Shown here one piece after another: positions 37,541-45,225 of a stretch of 58,329 nucleotides of DNA. Made by a program: the position numbers and the translations under genes. The stretch's first letter is position 1; the number at the start of each line of letters is the position of its first letter. The DNA is taken from positions 1-58,329 of the IMG/VR virus record IMGVR_UViG_3300033997_000384, one strand, 5' to 3'. The notes under the pieces are model-generated. The model had not been told where the DNA came from, ran no database searches, and was given only the letters and a program-made list of their open reading frames with translations. Source of the stretch: a virus. Its lineage: Duplodnaviria > Caudoviricetes.

Positions 37541-38234
37541 GGCGCACCTGTCGCTTGATGGATTGGGCCAGTTCGTGTTCCCACTGGCCTTGGGATTGGT
37601 GTTTTCCGGGCTGGTTGATCCAGAAGCTGCGGAACTCCCGCATTCGGTCATCCGTCAGCTCCTCTGGCTTCAGCGCATTGCGCAGGCAGGTTGCTGGCCA
37701 GCCTCGAGCCGAAGGCACCCAGTCGTCGTGCATCGGGAATCGCGTAGAAGAAGAAGTAGGAAGATCGGATACCGGAGGTGTGCCCACTTTTCCGGTTTTG
37801 CCCCCTCCCAGTTGTCCGCCCTCTTCTTCATGCAAAGCCCCGTAGTTGCTGGCTCCAGCACTGCCCGCTTCTCTGCCCTCTTCATCTGCCCACTTACTGC
37901 CCACTTTTTTCGAGACGGATTTATCCCGCGTCGCCAGCAGCAGCTCGAAAACCAGGCGTCGATCGGCCTGGTTGGGGCCTACTAGGCCCTCCTTCTGCAG
38001 CCAGGCGAGCGCCCGGCGTAGCTCCTTCTCGGTGGGCTCTCCGCCCTTGATGCCCTGGTGCGGCTCGACGTAGAGCTCCTCGGCGATGCTCTTCCAGGAG
38101 ATCCCGCGCTTCACGCCGACCACGCCGCTGGCGTAGTCCATGAACGGGCGCAGGCCGAAGACGTAGATTTCCCGCGCCAGCATGGGCAGGCCGCGGAGTG
38201 CCTCGCGCTCGTCCTCGTTGATCTGAAACGGCAT
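37422..38234 (-). CDS. Replication initiator (O-like) with C-terminal DnaT-like domain
   Basis: LRPFMDY..ISWKSIAEELY wHTH; FPMHDDW.P..EFRSFW..QWEHEL. Confidence 0.75.
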   Translation of the reverse strand: MPFQINEDEREALRGLPMLAREIYVFGLRPFMDYASGVVGVKRGISWKSIAEELYVEPHQGIKGGEPTEKELRRALAWLQKEGLVGPNQADRRLVFELLLATRDKSVSKKVGSKWADEEGREAGSAGASNYGALHEEEGGQLGGGKTGKVGTPPVSDLPTSSSTRFPMHDDWVPSARGWPATCLRNALKPEELTDDRMREFRSFWINQPGKHQSQGQWEHELAQSIKRQVRHAESNRGRTGQGGPSSGPGSLADELHDTSWAERIQLPAG

Positions 38235-38459
38235 GCGTCACCACCCCAGGTCCGGGCCGATAGCCCCGGCCGGCTGGTAGCGGATCAGTGCGTTGTCGAT
38301 GTGGTCCATGAATCCCCCGGAAACAAGTCGTTTCCTTGTAAGTGGGTAGCCAAAGCCCCCGATCCGCGGAAAGAAGCTTCCGCATGGAGAAAATTCTTTA
38401 TCGCGCGCTGGCGGGAAGTCGTTTTGCCTGGGCAAAAAGACAAACCCGCCGTAGCTGTG

Positions 38460-38657
38460 CTAGTGCCCTTTCACCAGCTCCAGCCGGCGCCCACCCTGGG
38501 CAAGCGCATACAGCTGCTGCTGCAGGTTCTCCAGCGCTACCGCCGCCAGAGCCTGCTGTACGGTGCAGCCACGTCGTGCGGCCTCCCGCTGCAGCTCCTG
38601 CCGCTCGCCTGGGCTGAGCTGGGCCAGGGCCGCGTCACATACCTGAGTCGGGAACAT
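38460..38657 (-). CDS. Small hypothetical protein
   Basis: AGGAGG RBS, 65 aa. Confidence 0.65.
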   Translation of the reverse strand: MFPTQVCDAALAQLSPGERQELQREAARRGCTVQQALAAVALENLQQQLYALAQGGRRLELVKGH

Positions 38658-38685
38658 CTCTGTCCGCCTCCTTCGCTAGGGCCTG

Positions 38686-39039
38686 TTAGGCCGTTTTCTG
38701 ATCGTCGACACTGCTGGCCAGGGCTTGCTGCGCCAGTCCTGCCAGTACGTCGCTGAGTTGATCGGGCGTCAGCTGCTCGCCGCGGAACAGCGCGGTCAGC
38801 ATCTGCGCGCGCTGTTGGAGCAACGCAGCAGCAAGCGCCTGAGCGTGCTGGCCGCCCTGCAGCAGCCGGTGGCCGATGAACATGCAGTCGCGGGCGTAGC
38901 CCGTCAGGTTGTCCGCATGGCTGAGTCTCGCGGCCTGGATCAGCTCGTCGCGGTCTGCCTCGCACACCCGGACCTTGATCGGCTCGGTGACGTGGGTGCC
39001 CGGCGCCTTTCGCCGGCGGTCTTCTTGCAGTTTCGCCAT
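38686..39039 (-). CDS. Putative ribbon-helix-helix DNA-binding protein (cII position)
   Basis: PIKVRV..DELIQAA..LTGYARD pattern; GAGGA RBS. Confidence 0.6.
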   Translation of the reverse strand: MAKLQEDRRRKAPGTHVTEPIKVRVCEADRDELIQAARLSHADNLTGYARDCMFIGHRLLQGGQHAQALAAALLQQRAQMLTALFRGEQLTPDQLSDVLAGLAQQALASSVDDQKTA

Positions 39040-39144
39040 GGGGATTCCTCGGGGGGGGGGGTTGGGAAATGTGCAAATTGGTGCCGGGCGCGGCGTGGTA
39101 ACGTCGTTGCTCTCACACAACCGACGGCCACGGAGGCCCGACAT

Positions 39145-39552
39145 ATGGAACAAAGCTACGAATTTGTGATGGGGAACCTGGCCAAAGAAGCTGCTGATGC
39201 CATCGAGGCCGCTGGGACTGCACGAAATAGCCGAGAGCGGGATATGCAGGCAGTCACACTCGCAGTGGGCCGACTCAAGTTTGAGTGCCTCTGTCGTACA
39301 GTCCGAGCGCAGCACGCAACGCCTTGGAATCGCCTCGAAGGTATTGAGGCGGCTAGGTTTCGAGCGCTTCAAAGATTCAGCTGGACCCCGGACTACGTGC
39401 GCACGCTGAGTCGTGACGACCTGATGTTCGCCCTTCAAGACGAGCTCAGAGAGCTTCAACTGCCAGCAGAAGCCGTCCACGCAGCTACCAGCTGGGTCAA
39501 TACCTATGGCCTCGCTATTGAGTTCAAGGGGCATCTGGAGCGACCCGATTGA
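39145..39552 (+). CDS. Hypothetical protein antisense to the cro operon
   Basis: GGAGG RBS, 135 aa. Confidence 0.6.
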   Translation: MEQSYEFVMGNLAKEAADAIEAAGTARNSRERDMQAVTLAVGRLKFECLCRTVRAQHATPWNRLEGIEAARFRALQRFSWTPDYVRTLSRDDLMFALQDELRELQLPAEAVHAATSWVNTYGLAIEFKGHLERPD

Positions 39553-39772
39553 GAAAACGCCGCATTTCCTGGGCGCGGAGTGACATCGAAGCCGCCTGCC
39601 CCTCGTGCCAGGCGGCCATCTCCTCTGCACTCATGCCCTCAGGCCAAACCACAAATGGCGGCTGCTCACCTCGCAGGATGGCCTCGGCCTCCAGCACCTT
39701 CTTGGCATGTGCTGCCGGATCGGTACTGCGACCTGCCGCCTCCAGGGCAATCTCTTTTTCACGCGGCGTCAT
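39524..39772 (-). CDS. Hypothetical protein
   Basis: GAGGT RBS, 82 aa. Confidence 0.6.
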   Translation of the reverse strand: MTPREKEIALEAAGRSTDPAAHAKKVLEAEAILRGEQPPFVVWPEGMSAEEMAAWHEGQAASMSLRAQEMRRFLNRVAPDAP

Positions 39773-39823
39773 TTACTACCTCGGGGGTTTGGGATGGGGA
39801 ATGCAGCAGCACCAGGCGCGCGG

Positions 39824-40084
39824 TTAGCTCGCCTGGCGAATTGGGGGATGCTGTTCTTCGGTGCCAGCCAGCTCCGGCCAGATCGACTTCCAGTCGTCTG
39901 GGCGCAGCTCCTTGCGCGTGGCTGCGCCCATCTGTTCAAGGGCTACCGCTGTCTGCGGAGTGGCAACTTTGTTGCCATACGCAATCTGCCGGAGGTAGCC
40001 GCGGGTAGTACCTGCTCGGGCTACGCATTCGTCGCTAGCTGTTTTCAGCCACTCCAGCAGGCCTGTGAGCTTCTTCGTTTGCAT
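39824..40084 (-). CDS. cro: Cro-like HTH repressor
   Basis: AGTTRGYLRQIAYG..ELRPDDW..IWPEL; divergent from cI. Confidence 0.85.
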   Translation of the reverse strand: MQTKKLTGLLEWLKTASDECVARAGTTRGYLRQIAYGNKVATPQTAVALEQMGAATRKELRPDDWKSIWPELAGTEEQHPPIRQAS

Positions 40085-40113
40085 GTTGGGATCTCCTGCT
40101 ATCCGCAACATGA

Positions 40114-40167
40114 TTACCCACAGGTAAGCCATTTAGCAATACCCGCAGACCATTTACCCACAAGTAA
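40114..40167. promoter_or_regulatory. OR operators (TTACCCnnAGGTAW family)
   Basis: TTACCCACAGGTAA 40114-40127, TTACCCACAAGTAA 40154-40167, degenerate copy 40139-40152. Confidence 0.8.
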
Positions 40168-40187
40168 CGAATGGCGAATATTGACTA

Positions 40188-40886
40188 ATGGATAAGAACG
40201 AAATTCGCCGCCTCAACCTTCAAACCCTCATGGATCGGGAGTACGGCGTCGGCCAGCGCGGTGCAAAGGCGAAACTCGCCAAGCGCCTGGGCAAGCAGGC
40301 CGACTACATCTCCCGATGCCTCTACCCGCCAGGCAAGGACGGCCGAAAGAACATCGGCGAAGACTTTGCTCGGGAGATTGAGGCGTCGTTCAAGCTGGGC
40401 AGCTATGCGCTAGATTCGATCCTCCCCTCCGGCAATGAGCCCAGCAACATCGCGCCTGCCCTGCAGCCGTCCAGAGGAGCGCGCGAATACCCCCTGATCA
40501 GTTGGGTGGCTGCTGGCGATCGCGCATTGTCGGCTGACATCTTCGCTCCAGGCGTCGCAGAGGACTGGCTGCCGTCGACCGAGAATGCCGGTCCTCACGG
40601 CTACTGGCTGATTGTTCGGGGGCCTTCCATGACCTCCTCGACCCCCCCCAGCTTCCCTGATGGCACTCCGATCCTGGTTCAGCCAGAAGGGTTTGACTTG
40701 GTGAGCGGCAAGTTCTATATCGCCCGCCACCGAGATGGCGAAACCACGTTCAAGCAGTACATCTACGACAGCGGCCGCGAGTACCTGGTCCCGCTCAACA
40801 AGGAGTTCAAGCAGGTGGAAATGGACGACGAATGGGATGTGATTGGGCGGGTAGTCGACGTGAAAGCACCGCGGGGCGTGCTGTGA
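40188..40886 (+). CDS. cI: CI repressor, HTH plus S24 autopeptidase
   Basis: Ala-Gly site in SWVAAG, catalytic GPSM and TFK. Confidence 0.92.
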   Translation: MDKNEIRRLNLQTLMDREYGVGQRGAKAKLAKRLGKQADYISRCLYPPGKDGRKNIGEDFAREIEASFKLGSYALDSILPSGNEPSNIAPALQPSRGAREYPLISWVAAGDRALSADIFAPGVAEDWLPSTENAGPHGYWLIVRGPSMTSSTPPSFPDGTPILVQPEGFDLVSGKFYIARHRDGETTFKQYIYDSGREYLVPLNKEFKQVEMDDEWDVIGRVVDVKAPRGVL

Positions 40887-41104
40887 CACTTAACGCGACG
40901 ACCAAGGAGCGCCACGCGATCACTCTTGCCGTCGGCGTTGCACTAGGGGTGCTCCTGATGATTGTCTGGCAGGCAAAGGTCGAGCGGAAGACTTGGGAGG
41001 AGTGCGTGGTCGAGCAGATGGAGGACGCTCACACCAACAGCGCTGTACAGCTCCTCGCGCGGGTCTGCCAACGAAAGTATCCGAGCCCGAAAGCCCCGCA
41101 TTAG
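40883..41104 (+). CDS. Small membrane-anchored protein co-transcribed with cI
   Basis: GTG overlaps cI stop, one TM, two Cys. Confidence 0.55.
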   Translation: MTLNATTKERHAITLAVGVALGVLLMIVWQAKVERKTWEECVVEQMEDAHTNSAVQLLARVCQRKYPSPKAPH

Positions 41105-41183
41105 AGCCTCTGGGGCGCTATCGCCCCACGTAGCTCTCAGCCATTATCTGACTTGCGTCACATTCCTTTCCGAATGGATAATA

Positions 41184-41199
41184 CTGTCTATCCATACAG
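41184..41199. promoter_or_regulatory. LexA (SOS) box
   Basis: CTGTCTATCCATACAG (CTG-N10-CAG) just after a TTGCGT/GATAAT promoter. Confidence 0.8.
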
Positions 41200-41213
41200 C
41201 AAAGGAGCGCCGC

Positions 41214-41462
41214 ATGGCCAGAAAGGCAGTAGTACCGCGTCAACCGTCCAGCTTTGAGCTGCTGGCGCGCCGGGTACAGCAGATCATCTGCTCCCCCCGC
41301 GCCCAGGTTGAGCGGCAGGCCAACATCACAAGACTCGATGACGAATCCGAAGACGATTGGCGCACCCTCCTCGACCAGATCAGCGAGGAAGAGAACGTGC
41401 GAATGACCCTCCGGAGTGACGGCTCTGTGCACCTCGCCTGGCTTGGCCACCGGTCATACTGA
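41214..41462 (+). CDS. DUF1654-like protein
   Basis: SSFELLARRVQQII.SP.AQ..DESEDDW..DGSV...W; AAGGAG RBS. Confidence 0.75.
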   Translation: MARKAVVPRQPSSFELLARRVQQIICSPRAQVERQANITRLDDESEDDWRTLLDQISEEENVRMTLRSDGSVHLAWLGHRSY

Positions 41463-41479
41463 TTCACCGGATTCCCCCG

Positions 41480-41502
41480 AAGCCCGCAACTGCGGGCTTT
41501 TT
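41480..41502 (+). terminator. Intrinsic terminator
   Basis: AAGCCCGCA-AC-TGCGGGCTTTTT. Confidence 0.85.
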
Positions 41503-41522
41503 CATGCCCGCGCGAAATTTAT

Positions 41523-41565
41523 TTACCCGCAGGTATTGACCATAAAAGTTACCCCTAGGTATTGT
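41523..41565 (+). promoter_or_regulatory. pL promoter with two OL operators
   Basis: TTACCCGCAGGTAT 41523-41536 and TTACCCCTAGGTAT 41549-41562 overlapping TTGACC/TATTGT. Confidence 0.8.
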
Positions 41566-41895
41566 TTGCGCCATCGAACGGTTACCCGGTCGATGCGCTC
41601 TTTAACAACACCAGACCCCACAGCAGTCCCGACAGGCGCCGCGCAAGCGGCGTGCTGAGCGACGTGGTTAAACGACTGCTGATCGCTGGGTGAGCCCCAG
41701 CCCATGCCCGGCTCTGGTTACCGGCCAGCTCGACGCTTCGAGTCACGCGCTCCCTCTCCGAAAGCGCGCCACGGATCGCCAGCTGCTTCGCTCCCCCTTG
41801 GACTAGCAGGGCCTCAGACCGGCCGCTACTGCAGACCAGGGGGCGCGTTGAGAAGACATCGCCAAGCCCACCGTGGCGAGTAACGGAGGCCTGGA

Positions 41896-41936
41896 GCATC
41901 ACTGATGCCCGTTGGTGACAGCGGGCATTGGGATGT
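41896..41936 (+). repeat. 41-nt covarying GNRA hairpin, copy 1
   Basis: GCATCACTG-ATGCCCG-TTGGTGACAG-CGGGCAT-TGGGATGT. Confidence 0.75.
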
Positions 41937-41961
41937 ACCCACCCCCAATGAGGAAATGCCC

Positions 41962-42399
41962 ATGTTTGGAATCAAGAAAAAGCTGTTCGGCGCCAAGGTT
42001 GCCGCCAAGAAGATGGAAAACCGCGACCTGATGCAGGCTGTTGTCGGCGTCTGCCTGCTGGTCACCGCCGCGGACGGCTCGATCAGCAAGGCGGAAGCCC
42101 ACCAGACCGACAAGCAGCTGCGCGCCAACAAGAACCTCGAGCACTTCGGCTCCGAGATCACCGCCCAGATCAACCTCTACACCGAGCAGCTGGAGGCCTC
42201 CTTCCGCATCGGACGCATGAACATCCTGCGCGAGATCAAGGAAGTAGCGGCCAACCCGCTGGACGCCGAAGAGGTGTTCGTCAACGCCATCGCCGCGGCT
42301 GAGGCCGAGGGCGGCATCGACGACAAAGAGCTGCAGGTCCTGGTGGAGGTCGGCAACCTGCTTGGCCTGCGCCTGAAGGACTTCGGCATCGAGGCCTGA
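41962..42399 (+). CDS. terB: TerB family protein
   Basis: NRDLMQAVV..AADGSISKAE..AEGGIDDKE..LGL. Confidence 0.85.
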   Translation: MFGIKKKLFGAKVAAKKMENRDLMQAVVGVCLLVTAADGSISKAEAHQTDKQLRANKNLEHFGSEITAQINLYTEQLEASFRIGRMNILREIKEVAANPLDAEEVFVNAIAAAEAEGGIDDKELQVLVEVGNLLGLRLKDFGIEA

Positions 42400-42401
42400 T
42401 C

Positions 42402-42632
42402 GTGCTCGGCTTCACCCGGAAAAAGCCGGGTACAGGCCTGGGCATCGGACTGGCGGCTCTGTTGTTCGCCATCGCGGTGATCAAGGCCGTCGAGGTCGCC
42501 GTCAACTGGGGCGGCTGTGCCTACTACGGCTTCCAGACCGACCGCGACACCCGCTACGCCGCCTTCGTGGGCTGCATGGTGAAGGTGAACGACGACTGGA
42601 TACCCCGCAACGAGCTGCGAGTCTTGCAGTAG
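42402..42632 (+). CDS. Small membrane protein after terB
   Basis: One TM plus C-x-GCMV; GAGG RBS. Confidence 0.7.
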   Translation: MLGFTRKKPGTGLGIGLAALLFAIAVIKAVEVAVNWGGCAYYGFQTDRDTRYAAFVGCMVKVNDDWIPRNELRVLQ

Positions 42633-42633
42633 C

Positions 42634-42674
42634 GCATCACTGGAGCACCTTGGCGACAGGGTGCTCTGGGATGT
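42634..42674 (+). repeat. 41-nt covarying GNRA hairpin, copy 2
   Basis: GCATCACTG-GAGCACC-TTGGCGACAG-GGTGCTC-TGGGATGT. Confidence 0.75.
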
Positions 42675-42741
42675 AAACCCCTGCTATACCTACCTGCGCC
42701 GCGCAACGCGGCCAGGACTTCATTAGAAAAGGAGATTCACC

Positions 42742-42927
42742 ATGCTGATCCTCACACGCCGTATTTCCGAGACCCTGATCATTGGCGAAGGCGACGACGC
42801 CATCCGCGTCCAGATCCTGGGCGTGAAAGGCAACCAGGTCCGTGTCGGTGTCGATGCGCCCAAGCACATAGCTGTGCATCGCGAAGAGGTCTACGACCGC
42901 ATCCAGGCCGAGAAGAAATCGGCCTGA
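42742..42927 (+). CDS. csrA: Phage-encoded CsrA/RsmA RNA-binding regulator
   Basis: [33 protein letters not shown]. Confidence 0.95.
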   Translation: MLILTRRISETLIIGEGDDAIRVQILGVKGNQVRVGVDAPKHIAVHREEVYDRIQAEKKSA

Positions 42928-42929
42928 TC

Positions 42930-43102
42930 GGAACCCCGCCTAGTCGGTTCGGGGTCGCCGCCCGGGCAGCTGGAGCCGCCCGGCCTGCAAGGGGTTGGCC
43001 ACCCCGGCGATTCGGCCGCTGAACATGGGGTAATAGCCTGCGAGGGCCGAATCAGCCCCATCAGCGCCACCAGCTCAAGCGTGGGACAGCCGGAGAGACG
43101 GC
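42930..43102 (+). ncRNA. Candidate pseudoknotted non-coding RNA
   Basis: Nested hairpins, two crossing pairings, terminal GGACAGCCGGAGAGACGGC module. Confidence 0.55.
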
Positions 43103-43268
43103 CCGATAGACCTGGCAAATCGTGCAGCTGCGGCGCCAGGCCGTATCGGAGAGCGGCCAGGCTGGCGGTGCGGCATGGGTGTCCAGCCGCTGGCCAGGCC
43201 GTTCTCCGATGCGTTCCCCGCATCGACTCCTTCATCAGCACTTGCCCCGCTCACACCGGGGCCTTTTT

Positions 43269-43344
43269 GCCGGCATAGCTCAGTTGGCAGAGCGCCTGAC
43301 TTGTAATCAGGAGGCCGCGGGTTCGATCCCTGCTGCCGGCACCA
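43269..43344 (+). tRNA. tRNA-Thr(UGU)
   Basis: 76-nt cloverleaf, GCCGGCA/TGCCGGC acceptor, CCTGA-CTTGTAA-TCAGG anticodon arm, GTTCGAT T-loop, encoded CCA. Confidence 0.95.
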
Positions 43345-43366
43345 CCCTACCCCTCAACGTAGGCCT

Positions 43367-43570
43367 ATCGGAAAGTGATCTGAGGCGTGGAAGCTGGACC
43401 AGGGCGCCCTGGCCCTGGAACACGCGGGAAGCGCGGAAACAAGCGCGCATGTGGGCGGCCCTGGCCGCTGAAGTTCCGGGCATCGGCACAATCACCGCGA
43501 ACGCGGCAATTACCCGAGAAGCGCACCGATGCCACAGCCAGAGTCGCGCCTGGCCAGATCACTCCCCGAT
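43367..43570 (+). ncRNA. Candidate multibranched RNA closed by a long stem
   Basis: ATCGGAAAGTGATCTG pairs with CAGATCACTCCCCGAT (14/16); internal helices. Confidence 0.4.
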
Positions 43571-43606
43571 GTGCCTCCCCGCGCATCACTTGCTTGCTAT
43601 GCCTTC

Positions 43607-43628
43607 GCCCCGGTTCGCCGGGGCTTTT
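43607..43628 (+). terminator. Intrinsic terminator
   Basis: GCCCCGG-TTCG-CCGGGGC-TTTT. Confidence 0.8.
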
Positions 43629-43731
43629 CCTTCCCCAGCCTTCATACGTCGCGTACTTGCTGCCCCACCTTGCGGAAGAGCTGGGGGCGGCAGGTGCGCG
43701 ACCTATGCACGCGCACCGCGAGGACATCGCC

Positions 43732-44040
43732 ATGAAGACCCTGCACGAAATCGAGCAGCTGGTACACGCCGCGCTCGACAACAAAGACCCGGAGACGCTG
43801 GAGCAGTACGCCGATCACGCCGCCGACAACATGGACCATGACCACCTGCGCGACCTCGCCCTGGCCATGATCGAGGGTGACGACGCCAGCAAGGCACTGG
43901 CCCTGGCCAAGATCGAGGGCCGCATCGACCGCCAGCGTGCCGAGTTCATGGAGCTGGAAGCCATGCGCCGGTCGCGGCTTGCAGATGAAGACAAGGCCTC
44001 CCGCGCCGAACTCGACGCATCGTTCCGAGGTGCTGCATGA
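43732..44040 (+). CDS. Hypothetical early protein
   Basis: GAGGA RBS, 102 aa, helical and acidic. Confidence 0.7.
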   Translation: MKTLHEIEQLVHAALDNKDPETLEQYADHAADNMDHDHLRDLALAMIEGDDASKALALAKIEGRIDRQRAEFMELEAMRRSRLADEDKASRAELDASFRGAA

Positions 44041-44153
44041 GCAACCTGAACGAGCTGTACGCCCGTATCCAGCGCCTGGCAGCCCTGGGTATCCACACCA
44101 ACCGCGAACTGCTGGCGCACCTGGAGCGCGCCAAGGAGGCGGCAGCATGCTGA
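44037..44153 (+). CDS. 38-aa early peptide
   Basis: ATGA-coupled, GC3-rich codons. Confidence 0.55.
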   Translation: MSNLNELYARIQRLAALGIHTNRELLAHLERAKEAAAC

Positions 44154-44254
44154 CCACCACCGACGTCGCGATCCTCTCCCTATTCCTCCTCGCCCTGTCG
44201 TTGCTCGACGGCGACCCGACTCCTGCAGCCGCATTCGCGGGGTGCAGGCCATGA
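44147..44254 (+). CDS. 35-aa hydrophobic early peptide
   Basis: AAGGAGG RBS, VAILSLFLLALSLL. Confidence 0.5.
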   Translation: MLTTTDVAILSLFLLALSLLDGDPTPAAAFAGCRP

Positions 44255-44394
44255 CCCGCGCCCAGCACCGCCGTCGCTGCATCTGGATCGGTTCCGCCCT
44301 TGGTGGATTGATCTGGCTGGCAGCCCTGATCGTTCCGGCGGCCATCGCCGGGCACATCACCGCCGAGCAGCCGGCCATCACGATCGATAGGTAA
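44251..44394 (+). CDS. 47-aa membrane peptide
   Basis: ATGA-coupled, MTRAQHRRR then a TM segment. Confidence 0.55.
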   Translation: MTRAQHRRRCIWIGSALGGLIWLAALIVPAAIAGHITAEQPAITIDR

Positions 44395-44397
44395 CCG

Positions 44398-45207
44398 ATG
44401 AACACGATCACTACGGTGCGGGCCTCCTCGTGGGGCTCGCTGTTCGACTGCGCCTATCGCTGGGAAGGCGTGCACCTGCTGGGTATCAAGTCGCCGAGCA
44501 GCCCGCGCGCTCTACTGGGAACAGCCATCCACGCCGGTACCGCCGTTTTCGACTCGGCGCGCATCGCCGGCCAGGACGTGTCGCCGGATGACGCAGCCGA
44601 CGTGCTGGTCCAGACCCTGCGGCATCCCGACTTCGACGTCGACTGGCGCGGCGCCGACATCAGCCTGCGCGAGGCCGAGGCCACCGGCCTGGCCCTGCAC
44701 ATCCGCTACTGCACCGAGATCAGCCCCCGCTATCAGTTCGTGGCGGTGGAGATGGAGACGGCGCCGCTGGAGATCAACTGCGGCGGCGGCCAGATAGTGC
44801 GCCTGACCGGCACACTCGACCGGGCGCGCATTCGGCGCTACGGCGAAGGCGTCGGCATCGCCGACGTGAAGACCGGTACCGCAGCTGTCACCACCGAGGG
44901 CGTCGCCAAGACCAAGGGCCACAAGCCGCAGATTGGCACCTACGAGCTGCTCTACGAGCACACCACCGGTCAGCGCTGCACGGCGCCGGCCGAGATCATC
45001 GGGCTGAAGACCAAGGGCAAGGCCGAGGCCGCCACCGGCGAAATTATCGGTGCCCGCGAGCTGATGGTCGGCAGCGAGGACTTCCCCGGCCTGATCCAGT
45101 TTGCCGCGGACATGTTCCGCAGCGGCCACTTCCCCCCGAACGCGCAGAGCACGCTCTGCAGCGCCAGGTACTGCCCACGTTGGGCGACCTGCCCCTATCA
45201 CGACTGA
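44398..45207 (+). CDS. PD-(D/E)XK RecB/Cas4-like exonuclease
   Basis: GTAIH, GTLD..ADVKT, QIGTY, terminal C..YC..W..C plus N-terminal Cys. Confidence 0.85.
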   Translation: MNTITTVRASSWGSLFDCAYRWEGVHLLGIKSPSSPRALLGTAIHAGTAVFDSARIAGQDVSPDDAADVLVQTLRHPDFDVDWRGADISLREAEATGLALHIRYCTEISPRYQFVAVEMETAPLEINCGGGQIVRLTGTLDRARIRRYGEGVGIADVKTGTAAVTTEGVAKTKGHKPQIGTYELLYEHTTGQRCTAPAEIIGLKTKGKAEAATGEIIGARELMVGSEDFPGLIQFAADMFRSGHFPPNAQSTLCSARYCPRWATCPYHD

Positions 45208-45225
45208 CCCCACCAGGAGACGCCA

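Noticed and set aside
41962-42399. Tellurite-resistance operon
   Set aside because: terB is alone, without terZ/A/C/D/E; solitary TerB genes occur in phage early regions
43269-43344. tRNA as an attachment site or boundary of a second element
   Set aside because: No duplicated tRNA 3' end and no second integrase; att repeats lie in the ABC-F gene
43345-43420. HDV-like (theta) ribozyme behind the tRNA; hammerhead in the late leader
   Set aside because: tRNA has encoded CCA and I could not fit the nested double pseudoknot; no CUGAnGA/GAAA core with proper stems
44398-45207. Cas4-like nuclease as a sign of CRISPR-Cas
   Set aside because: No repeat-spacer array or other cas genes; ordinary exonuclease plus annealing-protein pair
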